Part shown: in pieces, positions 1 through 10,925 of the stretch
Layout of the letters: each line of letters opens with the position of its first letter
Numbering within the stretch: position 1 is the stretch's first letter
Translations under genes and position numbers: made by a program
Assembly (NCBI GenBank): GCA_002269645.1
Contig: NIVC01004829.1
Location: 1 to 34,004 of the forward strand
Length of the DNA stretch: 34,004 bases
DNA from: Macrostomum lignano
Lineage: Eukaryota
Reading direction: 5' to 3'
Notes under the pieces: model-generated
Databases searched by the model: none
What the model was told of the DNA's origin: nothing
Seen by the model: the letters and a program-made list of their open reading frames with translations, nothing else

Positions 1-2119
1 GCATTTGAGCCCATGGCAGCCTGGGTAGGCACACTGTTTATTTAAATGGACAATATATGGCTTGTTAGTATTAGTAGGATACAAAAACAACAATATAACG
101 CATAAATGCATATCAACTCTGAAGTGCATCATTTCTTATTTTGATCACAGATATACTGATAAAACCATATTGAGCCAATAAAAGACTGTCTAGGCGTCTG
201 CACCATGTTTTAATTGCAATTAAAAACTATTTGAAACTCATACTTGTAGACCAGCTGCAGATTTTGCAACTTTTTATTCAAGTTGTGATTGTCAAGAAAC
301 TGGAATTTATAAAGTGAATTGCACTTGTACTTTTCACTTCAAGCTTGCAGCTAGTTATAGCTTGCAATTATATTTTATTTGAAAATTTATATTAAATGAG
401 TTTCAATCTATTTTATTATTCATATAGATATAATGGTCTTTAGCCCTAATAAAGGCAATGGATATTTTGAAGATAAACATAAATTTATGGTTTGTTATAG
501 TTTGATATTAACTAAGGCTTTGGCTTAGTCAGACTTTACTTTGAAACATTGTGCAAAGCTTATAAGATAACAGTGCCTTGCAATACAAACATTCAGCCTT
601 ACTTAAATTGGCTATTAACTTGTGGTTAATAAAGAGTCAATAAATTAATTTGAAGCCACTAAAGTTTGGTGGCAAAAGATATAGGACCATAGAACAATGT
701 TTACAACTGATATTATTTCAATTTATAGTAATAGTTGAAAAATATAAAAAAAATACTATTCTAATCTAATTATCAAACAAATTGAAAAGTTTAATTTATA
801 ATCATTAATAAAAATTATTTATCATGCCCTATCTTATATTGAAGTGTCTGAAGTGTTTGAAGTCTAAAGTAATTTAAGTATCTGAAGTATTATATATTTT
901 AGTAGGTTTTGTATGCAAATTTTCTTTTTAAATTAAAAATTGATCATTACTACTAGTACTATTATTGCCTTAACCTTGAATTCAAAAATTAAAGCAAGCA
1001 AAGAAGGCATTTTAGTTTTTGTATTAATTTATATGTATTACATTAATGTTAGTAGTTTATTAAATTAATCTCATAGTTTGGATCATGACAAGCATATACC
1101 AAAATGAAAATTCTTCAATTTTATGCCAACATAATTTTTTTATACTAAGCATAAAATTATTTATACTTTTTAAATATTTTTTTTAAATATGACTTATTAA
1201 ACTTTAAAATGTCTGTTTTTTCTAAAAACTATTATTCTTTGTTCTATTTTTTCCTTATAAATTGCATTGTTGTTATCTATTTTTGTTTTTGATTATTATT
1301 AAAGGAATTTTCTTTTGATAATATTAAACTACACCATATACACTAAACCTAAACTAGGCTATCTTTATATATCAACTGTGTACACTATGTTGAACCTAAA
1401 AATTCTATGTACCATTACCGAGTATACACCAAGTTGGTCAACAAGGGCAAAATATACCAAATTTTCTAATATAAAGGCTAATTTCTAGACTAAAAAATTA
1501 ATAAAAAATACTTTTTTAAACTGAATAACTTTTAATAATAATTAATACCTAATATAGTTTCTGCTTATTTTTATTTTTATCAAGAGATATTGCTTTTTGA
1601 ACTTGCTTAGCCTTAGGACTTGGTTTCTTTATATATTATCTATATTGCAAAAGGTTTTGTGTATGCCAACACATTTTTATTGAATTTTCAATTGTACACC
1701 AACAGATTTTAAATGTATGCCAACTTAAAAATGGTTTAAAAAATCAATGAATATTTAAATTTAAATTTAAACTACAAAAAATTGATAATGACATGACGAT
1801 TATCGTGACAATTCCGGAAATTAAAATGATTGGTAAATGAGAAAATAGTAGCAGAAAAAATGGCTTTTGAAATAACTTAATACAGAAAAAGCAGGAAAAA
1901 TTCTTTATATTAATTTCTACACTAGTTGCTATACACCACACTGTATGCCACACTATACACAGCCAAGAAATGTACGCTGGTGTACACCATGGAAATCAAG
2001 TGTATGCCGGAATTCTTTGGTGTACACCCCACCATCCGCAAAATGGTATATTATTTTTGGTCAAAAAGTAAGTTGCATTAGGCCTACTACTGCTAATATA
2101 AATCAGAGGGAGGCTAGGT

Positions 2120-3387
2120 GGTAATCTTTCCTTACCCAACCGTAAATTATTTTCGGCTTCCTGTTTCAGTTTCTTTTAATTTTTTTGGCTGAAGTTGTAT
2201 ATATATGTGGGGCGCACATTTTAAGAAAAGAAAAAAATGTTTTTAATTTTAGATTTTTTAATTTTTTAATAATTTTTTCTCAAAAATTATTTCTCATGTC
2301 TTTAACGTGTTTTCCGCATCCTTTCAGCAATGGCTGGTCGACCTCAAGCCCCAACAACCATTGTACCCCAGAATTCGGTCATTCCGGCTGACCAGCTGCT
2401 GCAGGCCCTGGCCCTGAAGCTGCAAGATGTCCACAGGAGGACGGACACAATGGACGATACAATAAACTGGCTGGCAACCCTTGGCCTGCTCCATAACACC
2501 ATGCAGTGCTGCCACACGCCTATGGGCTTTGTCAATCGCGCACGCAATACAATGGATGGCCATGCTTGGTACTGCAAAGAGTGCAAGGGGTACAAGTCAT
2601 TGCAACAAGACTCATTCTTCTATAATAGTCACCTGCCACTGGACAAGATCATCCAGCTAATGTACTGGTGGACACTTGATGTCAAGTACGACGTTGTCAT
2701 GCGAGAGGTTGGCATAGGTTCAACTGAGACAATAGTTGACTGGTTCAACTATTTCCGCGATGTCTGTTGCCAGTGGGCAATCGACCATCCCCAGCAGCTG
2801 GGTGGTCCCGGACATACTGTGGAAATTGATGAGTTGAAATTCATGCACCACAAGTACCATGTTGGCCAGTACCGAAAGCCGGCAAGAGGGTCACTGGGTA
2901 CTCGCATGATTGAGCGTGACTCAAGAAACTTTGTCATGACGACAGTCGAGTCCCGGTCAGCTGCCGTTCTACTGCCTCTAATTTAACAGCACGTGCTACC
3001 CGGCACACGCATCCTAACTGACCAGTGGGCTGCGTACAACCAGCTGCCGAACCATGCCACTGTCAACCACTCCCTCAACTTCATCAACCCTGCGGACCCA
3101 ACTGTGCACACCAGAACATCGAGGGAATGTGGGGTCATGTCAAGGCCAAGCTAAGACAGATGCGTGGCACGTCAGGCGCACTCTTTGACACATACCTCCA
3201 GGAATTTATCTGGAGGCGCCATTGGGGAGGAGAGCATCATTTTGAAAATTTCATTTACTGGGTCCGGCACTACTACCCATGCTGACTTTTAGCTTTTATC
3301 GTAAGCCTGTAAAAATATTTACATTTTAAATATAAAAAATTCAAAAAACTTAGAAAATAATTTACAGTTGGGTAAGGAAAGATTACT
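2120..3387 (+). mobile_element. Merlin-superfamily (IS1016/IS1595-like) DNA transposon, full length, defective
   Basis: 34-bp terminal inverted repeats: 2121-2154 GTAATCTTTCCTTACCCAACCGTAAATTATTTTC vs 3353-3386 (33/34 match as reverse complement). Degenerate 8-bp flanks GGCTAGGT (2112-2119) and AGCTAGGC (3388-3395) are consistent with an aged TSD. Encloses an ISXO2-like transposase. Confidence 0.88.
2330..3285 (+). pseudogene. ISXO2-like (DDE_Tnp_IS1595) Merlin transposase, disrupted
   Basis: N-terminal zinc ribbon (CC..TPM ... WYCKEC), VEIDE catalytic motif, then HVLPGTRILTDQWAAY and HTQNIEGMWGHVK. In-frame TAA at 2984-2986 and a 1-bp frameshift near 3110. Confidence 0.9.
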
Positions 3388-5052
3388 AGCTAGGCTAGGG
3401 GGAGATGCCAATTTCACATATATAAGATTAGCTATTTAAGCTAGAAACTTACCTAAATCCAGTTGCAGCAGTTGGATATCCAAAATAGCCACTCATGTTA
3501 CAATATAACTCTTATATGACTTATTAAATTTTAAGGCAGATTAATAATTTGATTTTGACTAGGCCTATCTACCTATCAAGCTAAAACTAATAAAAGTTAG
3601 AATTTCTTATTTGCTTTTGTATAGGCCTATTATTACTTTAAACCTTAGTCCAATTCCAAGCTCAATTTTTTGACTAGGTCAAAAAATACAAAATATAGGC
3701 CTATTGCCAAAGTTAGGCCCAAGATTAATTAAGTTGGTATTTTGTGTCTTTGCATTTGAAAAGTAGGCCCTTGTCTAGGCTAGGCCTATTATCAACACTA
3801 TTATTTATTAGGCCTAATTGTTTTAGGCCCTAATTAAAATTTTATATTAATATCCAGTTATTATTGAATATCAAATATTTAGTAGGCCTATATTAATATC
3901 TATAGCTGCCAGTATAAGGCTCAGTTGATTATACTCTATAGGCCTAAATATTTTATCTATAGTATATGTATTTTTCAATAGACTCGTGCAAAACTAGAGT
4001 AGGGTAGGGGTCTACAGCACAGCAAGCCAAGGCATAGCGCCAAGGCTAGGGCCTAGTCTATTGGTTGGAAGAAAGCCTTACTCCTAATGTAGGACTAACA
4101 CTGGAATAAAATGCGATTTTCCAACTATTATGGCTTAAATTGCACCGGATTTACTTTTGTATGCGATTTACGAAAAGGCTACGGCCTAGTCGGTCGGATA
4201 GTCTGGTCTGCGCTAAATTAAGCACCACTCAGACTGCTCATTGACTTAACCTTAAGCTAGATTAGGCTTATTGGGTATTGCCTTGAATTGTCAAGTAATT
4301 TTTGTGTCCTTTCAACTAGTCATTAACATAGGTTTTAAGATTTAACCTGGATTAACTAAATTTATAAACACTGAAAAACCAGCTCCAGTTCCGTGCCGGG
4401 CGAATGCTGGCCAGTTTTAGCATGCGACGAGCGCGAGTGTGATTTAAGTGAGAATTAATCAAGACAATTTAAACTGTTTTTAACTGTCATGTTAAACAAA
4501 GTTGTTCTTGTTTGTTTTTTTTCTGCTAAAAAACATAAAATAAATTCTTGAAATTCAAGATTTTTACTCTTAATTGTTGATAAGCAGATAAAATAATGCT
4601 CACACCGGTGCTGCTCACACCGACGAGACGGCCGGGCCGTCTCAGCCTTTGAGTGAGATGCAAACTGACATCTTCGGGGAGCTGACGGTTCCGGCACCAC
4701 AGAGACCTGTCGGTTGCTTTGGCAGTTAACGATTCGCACTTCAAGTGGCCACCCTAGAAGACATTGACTTGTTGATTCTTAGATCTTATCTATCTTCTTG
4801 GGTTGCTGCGCAAGTACTTGCAAGAACGTGCAAGATCTTTGCAATGATATAACTTTGCTATTGCTCAGTTGCCGCGTCTGGACCAATTAGATAGGCACTG
4901 AATGCGCATTGGCTCTGAAATCCACCTCACCGCCAAAATCAACGAATTCTGCGCGTTAAGTTGTCGCACTGCAGCTTGCGACACAGGCAGGAAGGACAGA
5001 GACAGACAACTGAGACAGACAACAATAACTCCACTCCAGGACAGTCAATGCA

Positions 5053-6319
5053 ATGAGAACTAACCAAAATTTAGTACTTGTGGCATTGCGAATGTGTACT
5101 AATCACTGTGGCGTATCTACTTCGGAAACAAAACTGGACCCATTCAAAGTGTACTAATATCACTGTGGCGCATTTACTTCGGTAACAAAACTGGACCCAT
5201 TCAAAGATGCAACTGCTTGGGAGAAAAAATTTGGTAGCTTCAGAGTCACTGCCAACAAGGCCCAACAATTTGACCGCTTCAAAAGTACATCTCATTCGAA
5301 ACAAAGGCCTGACCGCTGCAGAGTCGCTGCCAACGCTGATCGATGTCGAAATGATCAAGAACTGTCCTCCGTTCAACGAGCTCCACAACGTCGACTTCAC
5401 GAACCCCAGCCTGCGGCACCGGCTGTGTCAGGAGACGCTGGCCTACCAGTTAGTCAGGGGCAAGTTTCCTCTGTGTGAGCTGAACAGGAACTTACCGCAG
5501 CAGATGTACACCATTGTCAGACAAGGGTCTCCTCTAGCCAATGTGGCCCGAGCGATGGGCGGCGGCCGAATGCCGATATTCACATTCGGCAAGTTAAGGA
5601 GGACATGATTTCCAGACTATTGATAAAAAACGGCGCATGGGAAGCTGACTCTATTCGGACGATGCTCAACCTGTTACAGAAGCTTCCGAAAAACTCTGCG
5701 ACGTTCCTCGATATCGGCAGCAACATTGGCATCTACAGCCTGCAGGCCAGAGAGCTCGGGTATCCCGTGGTGGCCATCGATGCAAACATTCGCACACTGG
5801 TCAGGCTGCAGATGTCAGCGAAGCAGCTGAACTTGCTTGACGACAAGCTGAGGCTCTTCTGGGGCTTCATCAGAGCGACGACGTGGCAGTCAAGCGGATC
5901 AGTTGGGACGCTGACAGCATGAATTGCAATGTTGGAGGCGGCTCGGGCGGATCGACTGACTGGAAATGGCAGGCCACGAAGTTAATCGAGGACACGATTT
6001 CCGTGACCACTGTTAAAGCGGACGAGCTTCGAGCGCACATCGGCACCAAGAATGTGGTCATCAAGATGGATATCGAGTCTGGTGAGCACCTGTTCATGAA
6101 GACTGGTGAGAAGCTGTTCAGAGAGCGATCAACATCATGGCGCTGCAGATGGAGTTCTGGAGGAAAAAAATCAGTAACCGACCGCAATTGTCCGAACATT
6201 ACGAGTTTGTGACTCACTTCATGACCTCGAGGAACTTCTCTCTGCTGTCCATGAGCTTCCAAGTGCAGAACATCGCTATATTCAACGAATGGGACGGACT
6301 GTGGGTCAGAAACGAATTT
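5053..6319 (+). pseudogene. FkbM-family (Methyltransf_21-like) SAM-dependent methyltransferase, type II membrane form, decayed
   Basis: Consecutive overlapping ORFs give FLDIGSNIGIYSL (SAM motif I), VVAIDAN, VVIKMDIESGE and ALQMEF. Upstream hydrophobic anchor MRTNQNLVLVAL/CVLITVAYLLRK. Frameshifts near 5088, 5600, 5875 and 6130, and a stop inside a duplicated segment (5149-5205). No introns. Confidence 0.8.
5094..5205 (+). repeat. Tandem duplication of a ~55-57-bp segment
   Basis: GTGTACTAATCACTGTGGCG...GGACCCATTCAAA at 5094-5148, repeated with small changes at 5149-5205. Confidence 0.9.
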
Positions 6320-6519
6320 CAGCAAGACACGGAGGCCAGATCTCAGATTTCTATGGCTCAGCCGAGACAATTGCAGCAAGACACGGAGGCCAGATCTCAG
6401 ATTTCTATGGCTCAGCCGAGACAATTGCAGCAAGACACGGAGGCCAGATGTCAGAATTCTATGGCTCAGCCGAGACAATTGCAGCAAGACACGGAGGCCA
6501 GATGTCAGAATTCTATGGC
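6320..6519 (+). repeat. 54-bp minisatellite, left part (~3.7 copies)
   Basis: Unit CAGCAAGACACGGAGGCCAGATGTCAGAATTCTATGGCTCAGCCGAGACAATTG (QQDTEARCQNSMAQPRQL), in frame with the last methyltransferase ORF. Confidence 0.97.
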
Positions 6520-6616
6520 CATAGACTAAAAAATGGAATATCAAAATGAGAATAAGACGCATTTTATCAAAATGATATAAGAATAAAATGAGAATCCGCC
6601 TGGGTTACCAAAGACT

Positions 6617-7717
6617 GTGTTCAAAAAGTTGTTAGGCTTCGCTACCTCTGGCATCTTCATGTTTGATGACAAATATTATCGCCAGATTGATGGTTGTGCC
6701 ATGGGAAGCCCGCTTGCTCCTACTCTGGCCAATGTTTGCATGGCGCACTGGGAAACGGAGTGGATGTCGCTTGAGTGTGCGCCAACTTTCTACAAGCGCT
6801 ATGTTGATGACACTTTTGTCATTTTTGATGACCGGGCTAAGTACCAAGAGTTTTTTCGGGCTCTGAATTCAACCCACAGCAACATCCAATTCACCGTTGA
6901 GATGGGAGGTAAAAAACTTCCGTTTCTCGATGTTGAGGTTGATCTGAGCAGTGGCCAAGTCTCTACTCGGGTTTATCGCAAGCCCACGTTTACTGGTTTA
7001 CTGTTGAATTTCAATGCCCTCTGTCCGAAACAGTGGAATATTGGCCTGATCCATTGTATGCTGCACAGAGCTTACTCTCTGTGTAGTTCCTGGGCTGCGT
7101 TTGATGAGGAGGTGAAAAATTTGACTAGGATTTTCAGTATGAACGGATACCCAAAAAATCTCATTAGTCGGTTGATTTTCAAGTTTGTCACTGATAAGGT
7201 TACTGGCAGACTGCAACAGAATCATAGTAAAAAGCCGGATGACCCCGTGATGATCTTGCCGTTCTATGGTATCCCGTCTATCTTGTTGAAAAAGAAGCTT
7301 GAGAGATCTTTTCGGAAATGGTACAACACTCCGATTAGGATTGTCTTTCGCACTGCCAAGGTGGGTCAATTTGTCAGCAATCTCAAGTCCCATGTTCCTC
7401 GTGCTCTAGTTGCAGGTGTCGTCTATAAATTTTGTTGTTCTGAAGATCAGAATATCTCTTACGTGGGAAAAACCAAAAGACACCTGCACACCAGAGTTAG
7501 GGAGCATTGGCTGAAAAAATCTGCTATCCAGGACCACCTTCTGGAATGCAAGGGCTGCTGTGACAGAGAACAGATTGAATTGTTTAAAATTATCGACCGT
7601 GCTAACTCTGAATTCAAGCTTAGCATTCTTGAAGCGCTGCACATCAAAGCTCAAAATCCCAGTCTCAATGTGCAATTGCTACATAGTGGTGCGGGCCACC
7701 TTCTTAGGGTGTTTTGA
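6617..7717 (+). CDS. Penelope-like reverse transcriptase C-terminal half plus GIY-YIG endonuclease (truncated ORF)
   Basis: GCAMGSPLAP (RT motif B'), YKRYVDDTF (motif C), LPFLDV, YRKPTFTG, and VVYKFCC...SYVGKTKRHLHTRVREH (GIY-YIG). Uninterrupted 366 aa. Confidence 0.93.
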   Translation: MFKKLLGFATSGIFMFDDKYYRQIDGCAMGSPLAPTLANVCMAHWETEWMSLECAPTFYKRYVDDTFVIFDDRAKYQEFFRALNSTHSNIQFTVEMGGKKLPFLDVEVDLSSGQVSTRVYRKPTFTGLLLNFNALCPKQWNIGLIHCMLHRAYSLCSSWAAFDEEVKNLTRIFSMNGYPKNLISRLIFKFVTDKVTGRLQQNHSKKPDDPVMILPFYGIPSILLKKKLERSFRKWYNTPIRIVFRTAKVGQFVSNLKSHVPRALVAGVVYKFCCSEDQNISYVGKTKRHLHTRVREHWLKKSAIQDHLLECKGCCDREQIELFKIIDRANSEFKLSILEALHIKAQNPSLNVQLLHSGAGHLLRVF

Positions 7718-7767
7718 GTTTGACTGTTTTTTGTTGCGCGTACATTTTGTTTTTTTACATCTGTTTG

Positions 7768-7770
<3 letters not shown>

Positions 7771-7802
<32 letters not shown>
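7771..7802 (+). repeat. (TC)16 microsatellite
   Basis: Direct reading. Confidence 0.98.
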
Positions 7803-7805
<3 letters not shown>

Positions 7806-7940
7806 GTTCTCGCTTAACTCCAACCCCTAGTTTTTTTATGTTTTTCGTACATTGGTTACCCTCCCGTTTTCAATTTGACACTTGAGATAGTACAATCGTT
7901 TGCTTATTTATATTGAGTGTTTCGTTCAGTGATAAAATAT

Positions 7941-7978
7941 ACCCTGACGACGGCCCTAGTGGGTTGAAACGCGTTGGT
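7941..7978 (+). ncRNA. Minimal type I hammerhead ribozyme motif (Penelope-type), partly degenerate
   Basis: ACC-CTGACGA-C-GGCCC-TAGT-GGGTT-GAAA-CGCG-TT-GGT. Contains the CUGANGA and GAAA cores, stem II with two G-U pairs, palindromic stem III AACGCGTT and a 3-bp stem I (ACC/GGT). Lies in the Penelope 3' UTR, where such motifs are expected. Confidence 0.72.
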
Positions 7979-8211
7979 TTTCGCCTTAAATGTTGATCTT
8001 AAGCTTTATTTAAAATCGTTGTTAAACTAGATATTAGACGTTAGACTGATGAACTGCATAATTTATATATTTTGCTTTCAAACTTGTATACATGCGAATG
8101 CGAATAACCGTCAAAAAGTTGGAGTAAAAACGGTTTTTGTCAAACTGCTAAACTGCAAATATTTCAGTATCAAATTTTTCACTGACTGGCTTTATATTGG
8201 CTAGCAAATTT

Positions 8212-8400
8212 TGGCTGGCAAACTTCCGGCAGGCAAACGTCGGCTGGCAAACGTCCCGCAGGCAAACGTCCGGCAGGCAAACTTCGGCTGGCAAACGTCC
8301 CGCTGGCAAACGTCGGCTGGCAAACGTCGGCTGGCAAATGTCGGCTGGCAAACGTCCCGCAGGCAAACGTCGGCTGGCAAACGTCCCGCAGGCAAACGTC
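8212..8400 (+). repeat. Short-unit GGCAAACGTC(GGCT/CCGCA) repeat, probably a subterminal array of a non-autonomous DNA transposon
   Basis: About 13 copies of GGCAAAC(G/T)TC spaced 14-15 bp, ending at GCTATCCC next to the 54-bp array. Confidence 0.85.
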
Positions 8401-8408
8401 GCTATCCC

Positions 8409-8830
8409 CAGAATTATATGGCTTAGCCGAGACAATTGCAGCAAGACACGGAGGCCAGATGTCAGAATTCTATGGCTCAGCCGAGACAATTGCAGCAAGA
8501 CACGGAGGCCAGATGTCAGAATTCTATGGCTCAGCCGAGACAATTGCAGCAAGACACGGAGGCCAGATGTCAGAATTCTATGGCTCAGCCGAGACAATTG
8601 CAGCAAGACACGGAGGCCAGATCTCAGAATTCTATGGCTCAGCCGAGACAATTGCAGCAAGACACGGAGGCCAGATGTCAGATTTCTATGGCTCAGCCGA
8701 GACAATTGCAGCAAGACACGGAGGCCAGATGTCAGAATTCTATGGCTCAGCCGAGACAATTGCAGCAAGACACGGAGGCCAGATGTCAGAATTCTATGGC
8801 TCAGCCGAGACAATTGCAGCAAGACACGGA
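8409..8830 (+). repeat. 54-bp minisatellite, right part (~7.8 copies)
   Basis: Same unit as 6320-6519. Ends on CAGCAAGACACGGA, the motif with which the left array starts. Confidence 0.97.
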
Positions 8831-9732
8831 AAGACTTAAAAACAATACGTGGTCGAACTGCACACACCAACTTGCCTCCCTTCCCACTCCACTCACCAAT
8901 TCGCACACATTTTCCATAGCTTAGCGGCACTGGGCAAGCGAGTGAATGGCAGACTGTGTTCCAATCATAGTTCTAATCGATAACTGTATCCGTACAGTCT
9001 GGTGGCGTGAAACTCCAATTCTTGTTCTCCATGTTAGACACCCAATAATATGTAGGCAGCTGCAAGTTTCCCGCTTGGACAGCTGTTTCCAGACGTTTAA
9101 CAGACGGATCAACTCATCCGGGAATTCTCCCAACTCCATTTTCCAAACTGCGTCCGCACTTTCAATTGCAGCCCAGTTACTCGTATTCCATTTTCATTCC
9201 GTGTCCTCCCGTGCTTTATGAAGAAATTGCCCCGACTTCTGGGACACCTCTCGAAGTTTAAATTTAAAGCATATTTCAAATGAGTAATTTTAATTGCTGG
9301 AGGGAAAGCTTTTCACGCGGATGAAAGCGGGTCAATGAAACGTTTCAATCGCTTTTCGTTCGAGCTACCGCGTGCAGTGAGTTTTGTGTCTTAACTATTT
9401 TGTACACCTGCCTTGTTGTTTTTATTCTGCTGAAGCTTTTTGGGTGTTCATTTTACTGCTTTTGCTTTCCTCAAATAATGTGTGCTCGTCACTTGCCGGG
9501 GCGTTTAGCTCGAATTCTCGTCTCGTTCGGCAGCCTGCAGTCTGATTTCCTCCTATCGGTGAGTGCAGTATACGGATAAATATAAAATTGCACAGTGCAC
9601 GAAATAACAATAGAGGATTAAATGTCGCTGTACAGTTCAGATCAAAATGGGCCGGGAGGTGGTGAGCAAATCGAGGGCAGTCAGAGTCCAAGAGTCGCAA
9701 ATTTAGGAATAGAAATATATCAAATGTTGATT

Positions 9733-10740
9733 TTAAGCTTTCTTGGCAGATTTGACCACGCTCACGGGGCGGCCCGCTAGGAGCTGGTCAATGAGCGCAG
9801 CATCGATGGTGCTCCAAGTCCAGACACTGTCGAGCTCATCGGCAGCGAGGTCTTGCTCTTCCCCGAAGACGATGACCACCGGTTGGAGCTTGATCGCCGG
9901 TTGGAGCTGCACCTTTGAGGCGTTGTTGATTGCGGCGGTTCCCGAAGGCCCGGCCGCGCTGGTTGCGGGTTTGCTGAGTGGCTCACCAGCGGGGGTTGTA
10001 TCCTGGGGGCAGGGGTCACTGTGGCTCCTTTCGGCCCAACAGCAGCCTCGCCTCCCTTGGTTCCCCCTCCGCTGGTGGCCGGCTTCCCGTTGACGCCGTC
10101 GCCGCTCATTGTGGCGTTGGTTGCGAGCACGTCGGCCCGGGTGCGCGTGTGGGCTTGTCGCCAGACGAGCCGGCGGCAAGCCCATCTGTGCCAGGTGGGC
10201 GGCGCTGGCTCCAGAATCACCGGCCGGAGTTGCCGGGGTCCCAGCTTCAGCGGGATTTTTAGAGGCGGAGGATGCCATAGCTGAAAGCGGGAAGGAGTGA
10301 GCTGAGTCACAAAAGAATGAGGAAAGAAGAGAAGAGAGAGAAGGACCGCTAGCGACCGGACAACCCCCCCCCCGGCCTTCCAGCCCATCGGCACGGTCAA
10401 ACACCTTAGGCATTTGGGGGTATGTTTAAGCAGTACCACGGCCTGCAGGCTGGCAAGCCAGACCCGCATACCCAAGTTCGGCAAAAGCCACTGGATGGGT
10501 CCCCAGCGCCGGAGCCCAGTCTGTCCAGCAGCCCTAGGGTCTGCCTTGAACACACGCGGGGACGAGTACCCCTGGGTCGACTTGCGAGACAGCGTGGGGG
10601 AGTCTGCGGCTGCCAGAGGCAAATACCGTAGAGGGTGCAGACCTCCCACCAGCCTTGACCTGCTGAAGATAGGGGCAGGCGTGAAGCATCGTAGATCTTA
10701 GCCCATAGGCCTGGTCTGTCTCATACTTCACTGGCGTGCT
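9733..10740 (-). mobile_element. GC-rich leader plus ORF (ATG near 10278), possibly the 5' end/ORF1 of a non-LTR retrotransposon, 3' part missing
   Basis: Sharp GC-rich island with a basic/Ala-Pro-rich ORF (MASSASKNP...RRARNQRHNERRRRQR...VVKSAKKA*). The leader is homologous to 11647-12140 on the opposite strand. No diagnostic domain recognised. Confidence 0.35.
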
Positions 10741-10925
10741 GAATACACCTTTGCATGCTTTTTAGCTTTTTGTTACTACATTATTTTTCGATACTTTTGT
10801 ACACATATGAGCTAGTGCCCTTATTTTTAAAACTACCAGGTAGCTATCCCAGTACAATACTTTTATATACAATGCTCTTATGTCTAGAATTCTAGAGTAC
10901 AAAATCTTCACTGCGATTCCACCTC

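Larger units (their letters stand above)
6599..8020 (+). mobile_element. Penelope-like retroelement (RT + GIY-YIG), 5'-truncated
   Basis: Starts mid-RT, runs through the GIY-YIG domain and a 3' UTR containing (TC)16 and a hammerhead motif. The 3' boundary is approximate. Confidence 0.88.

Noticed and set aside
4380-4418. HDV-like ribozyme (GGCGAATG preceded by TTCC loop; CCAGC/GCTGG stem)
   Set aside because: No room for P1' or P4, so the nested double pseudoknot cannot be built.
4746-4756. hAT-Blackjack-like terminus (TGGCCACCCTA)
   Set aside because: Only 11 bp, and the matching end was not found in the window.
5596-5608. AAGGAGG Shine-Dalgarno-like sequence with ATGA stop/start overlap, mimicking a bacterial operon junction
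   Set aside because: Spacing to the ATG is only 2 nt, the context is eukaryotic, and both ORFs are parts of one methyltransferase, so a frameshift explains it.
8046-8090. Second CTGATGA hammerhead core
   Set aside because: No stem II followed by GAAA.
9235-9252. Tc1/mariner-like terminus (ACTTCTGGGACACC)
   Set aside because: No partner TIR, no TA TSD, and no transposase motif in adjacent frames.
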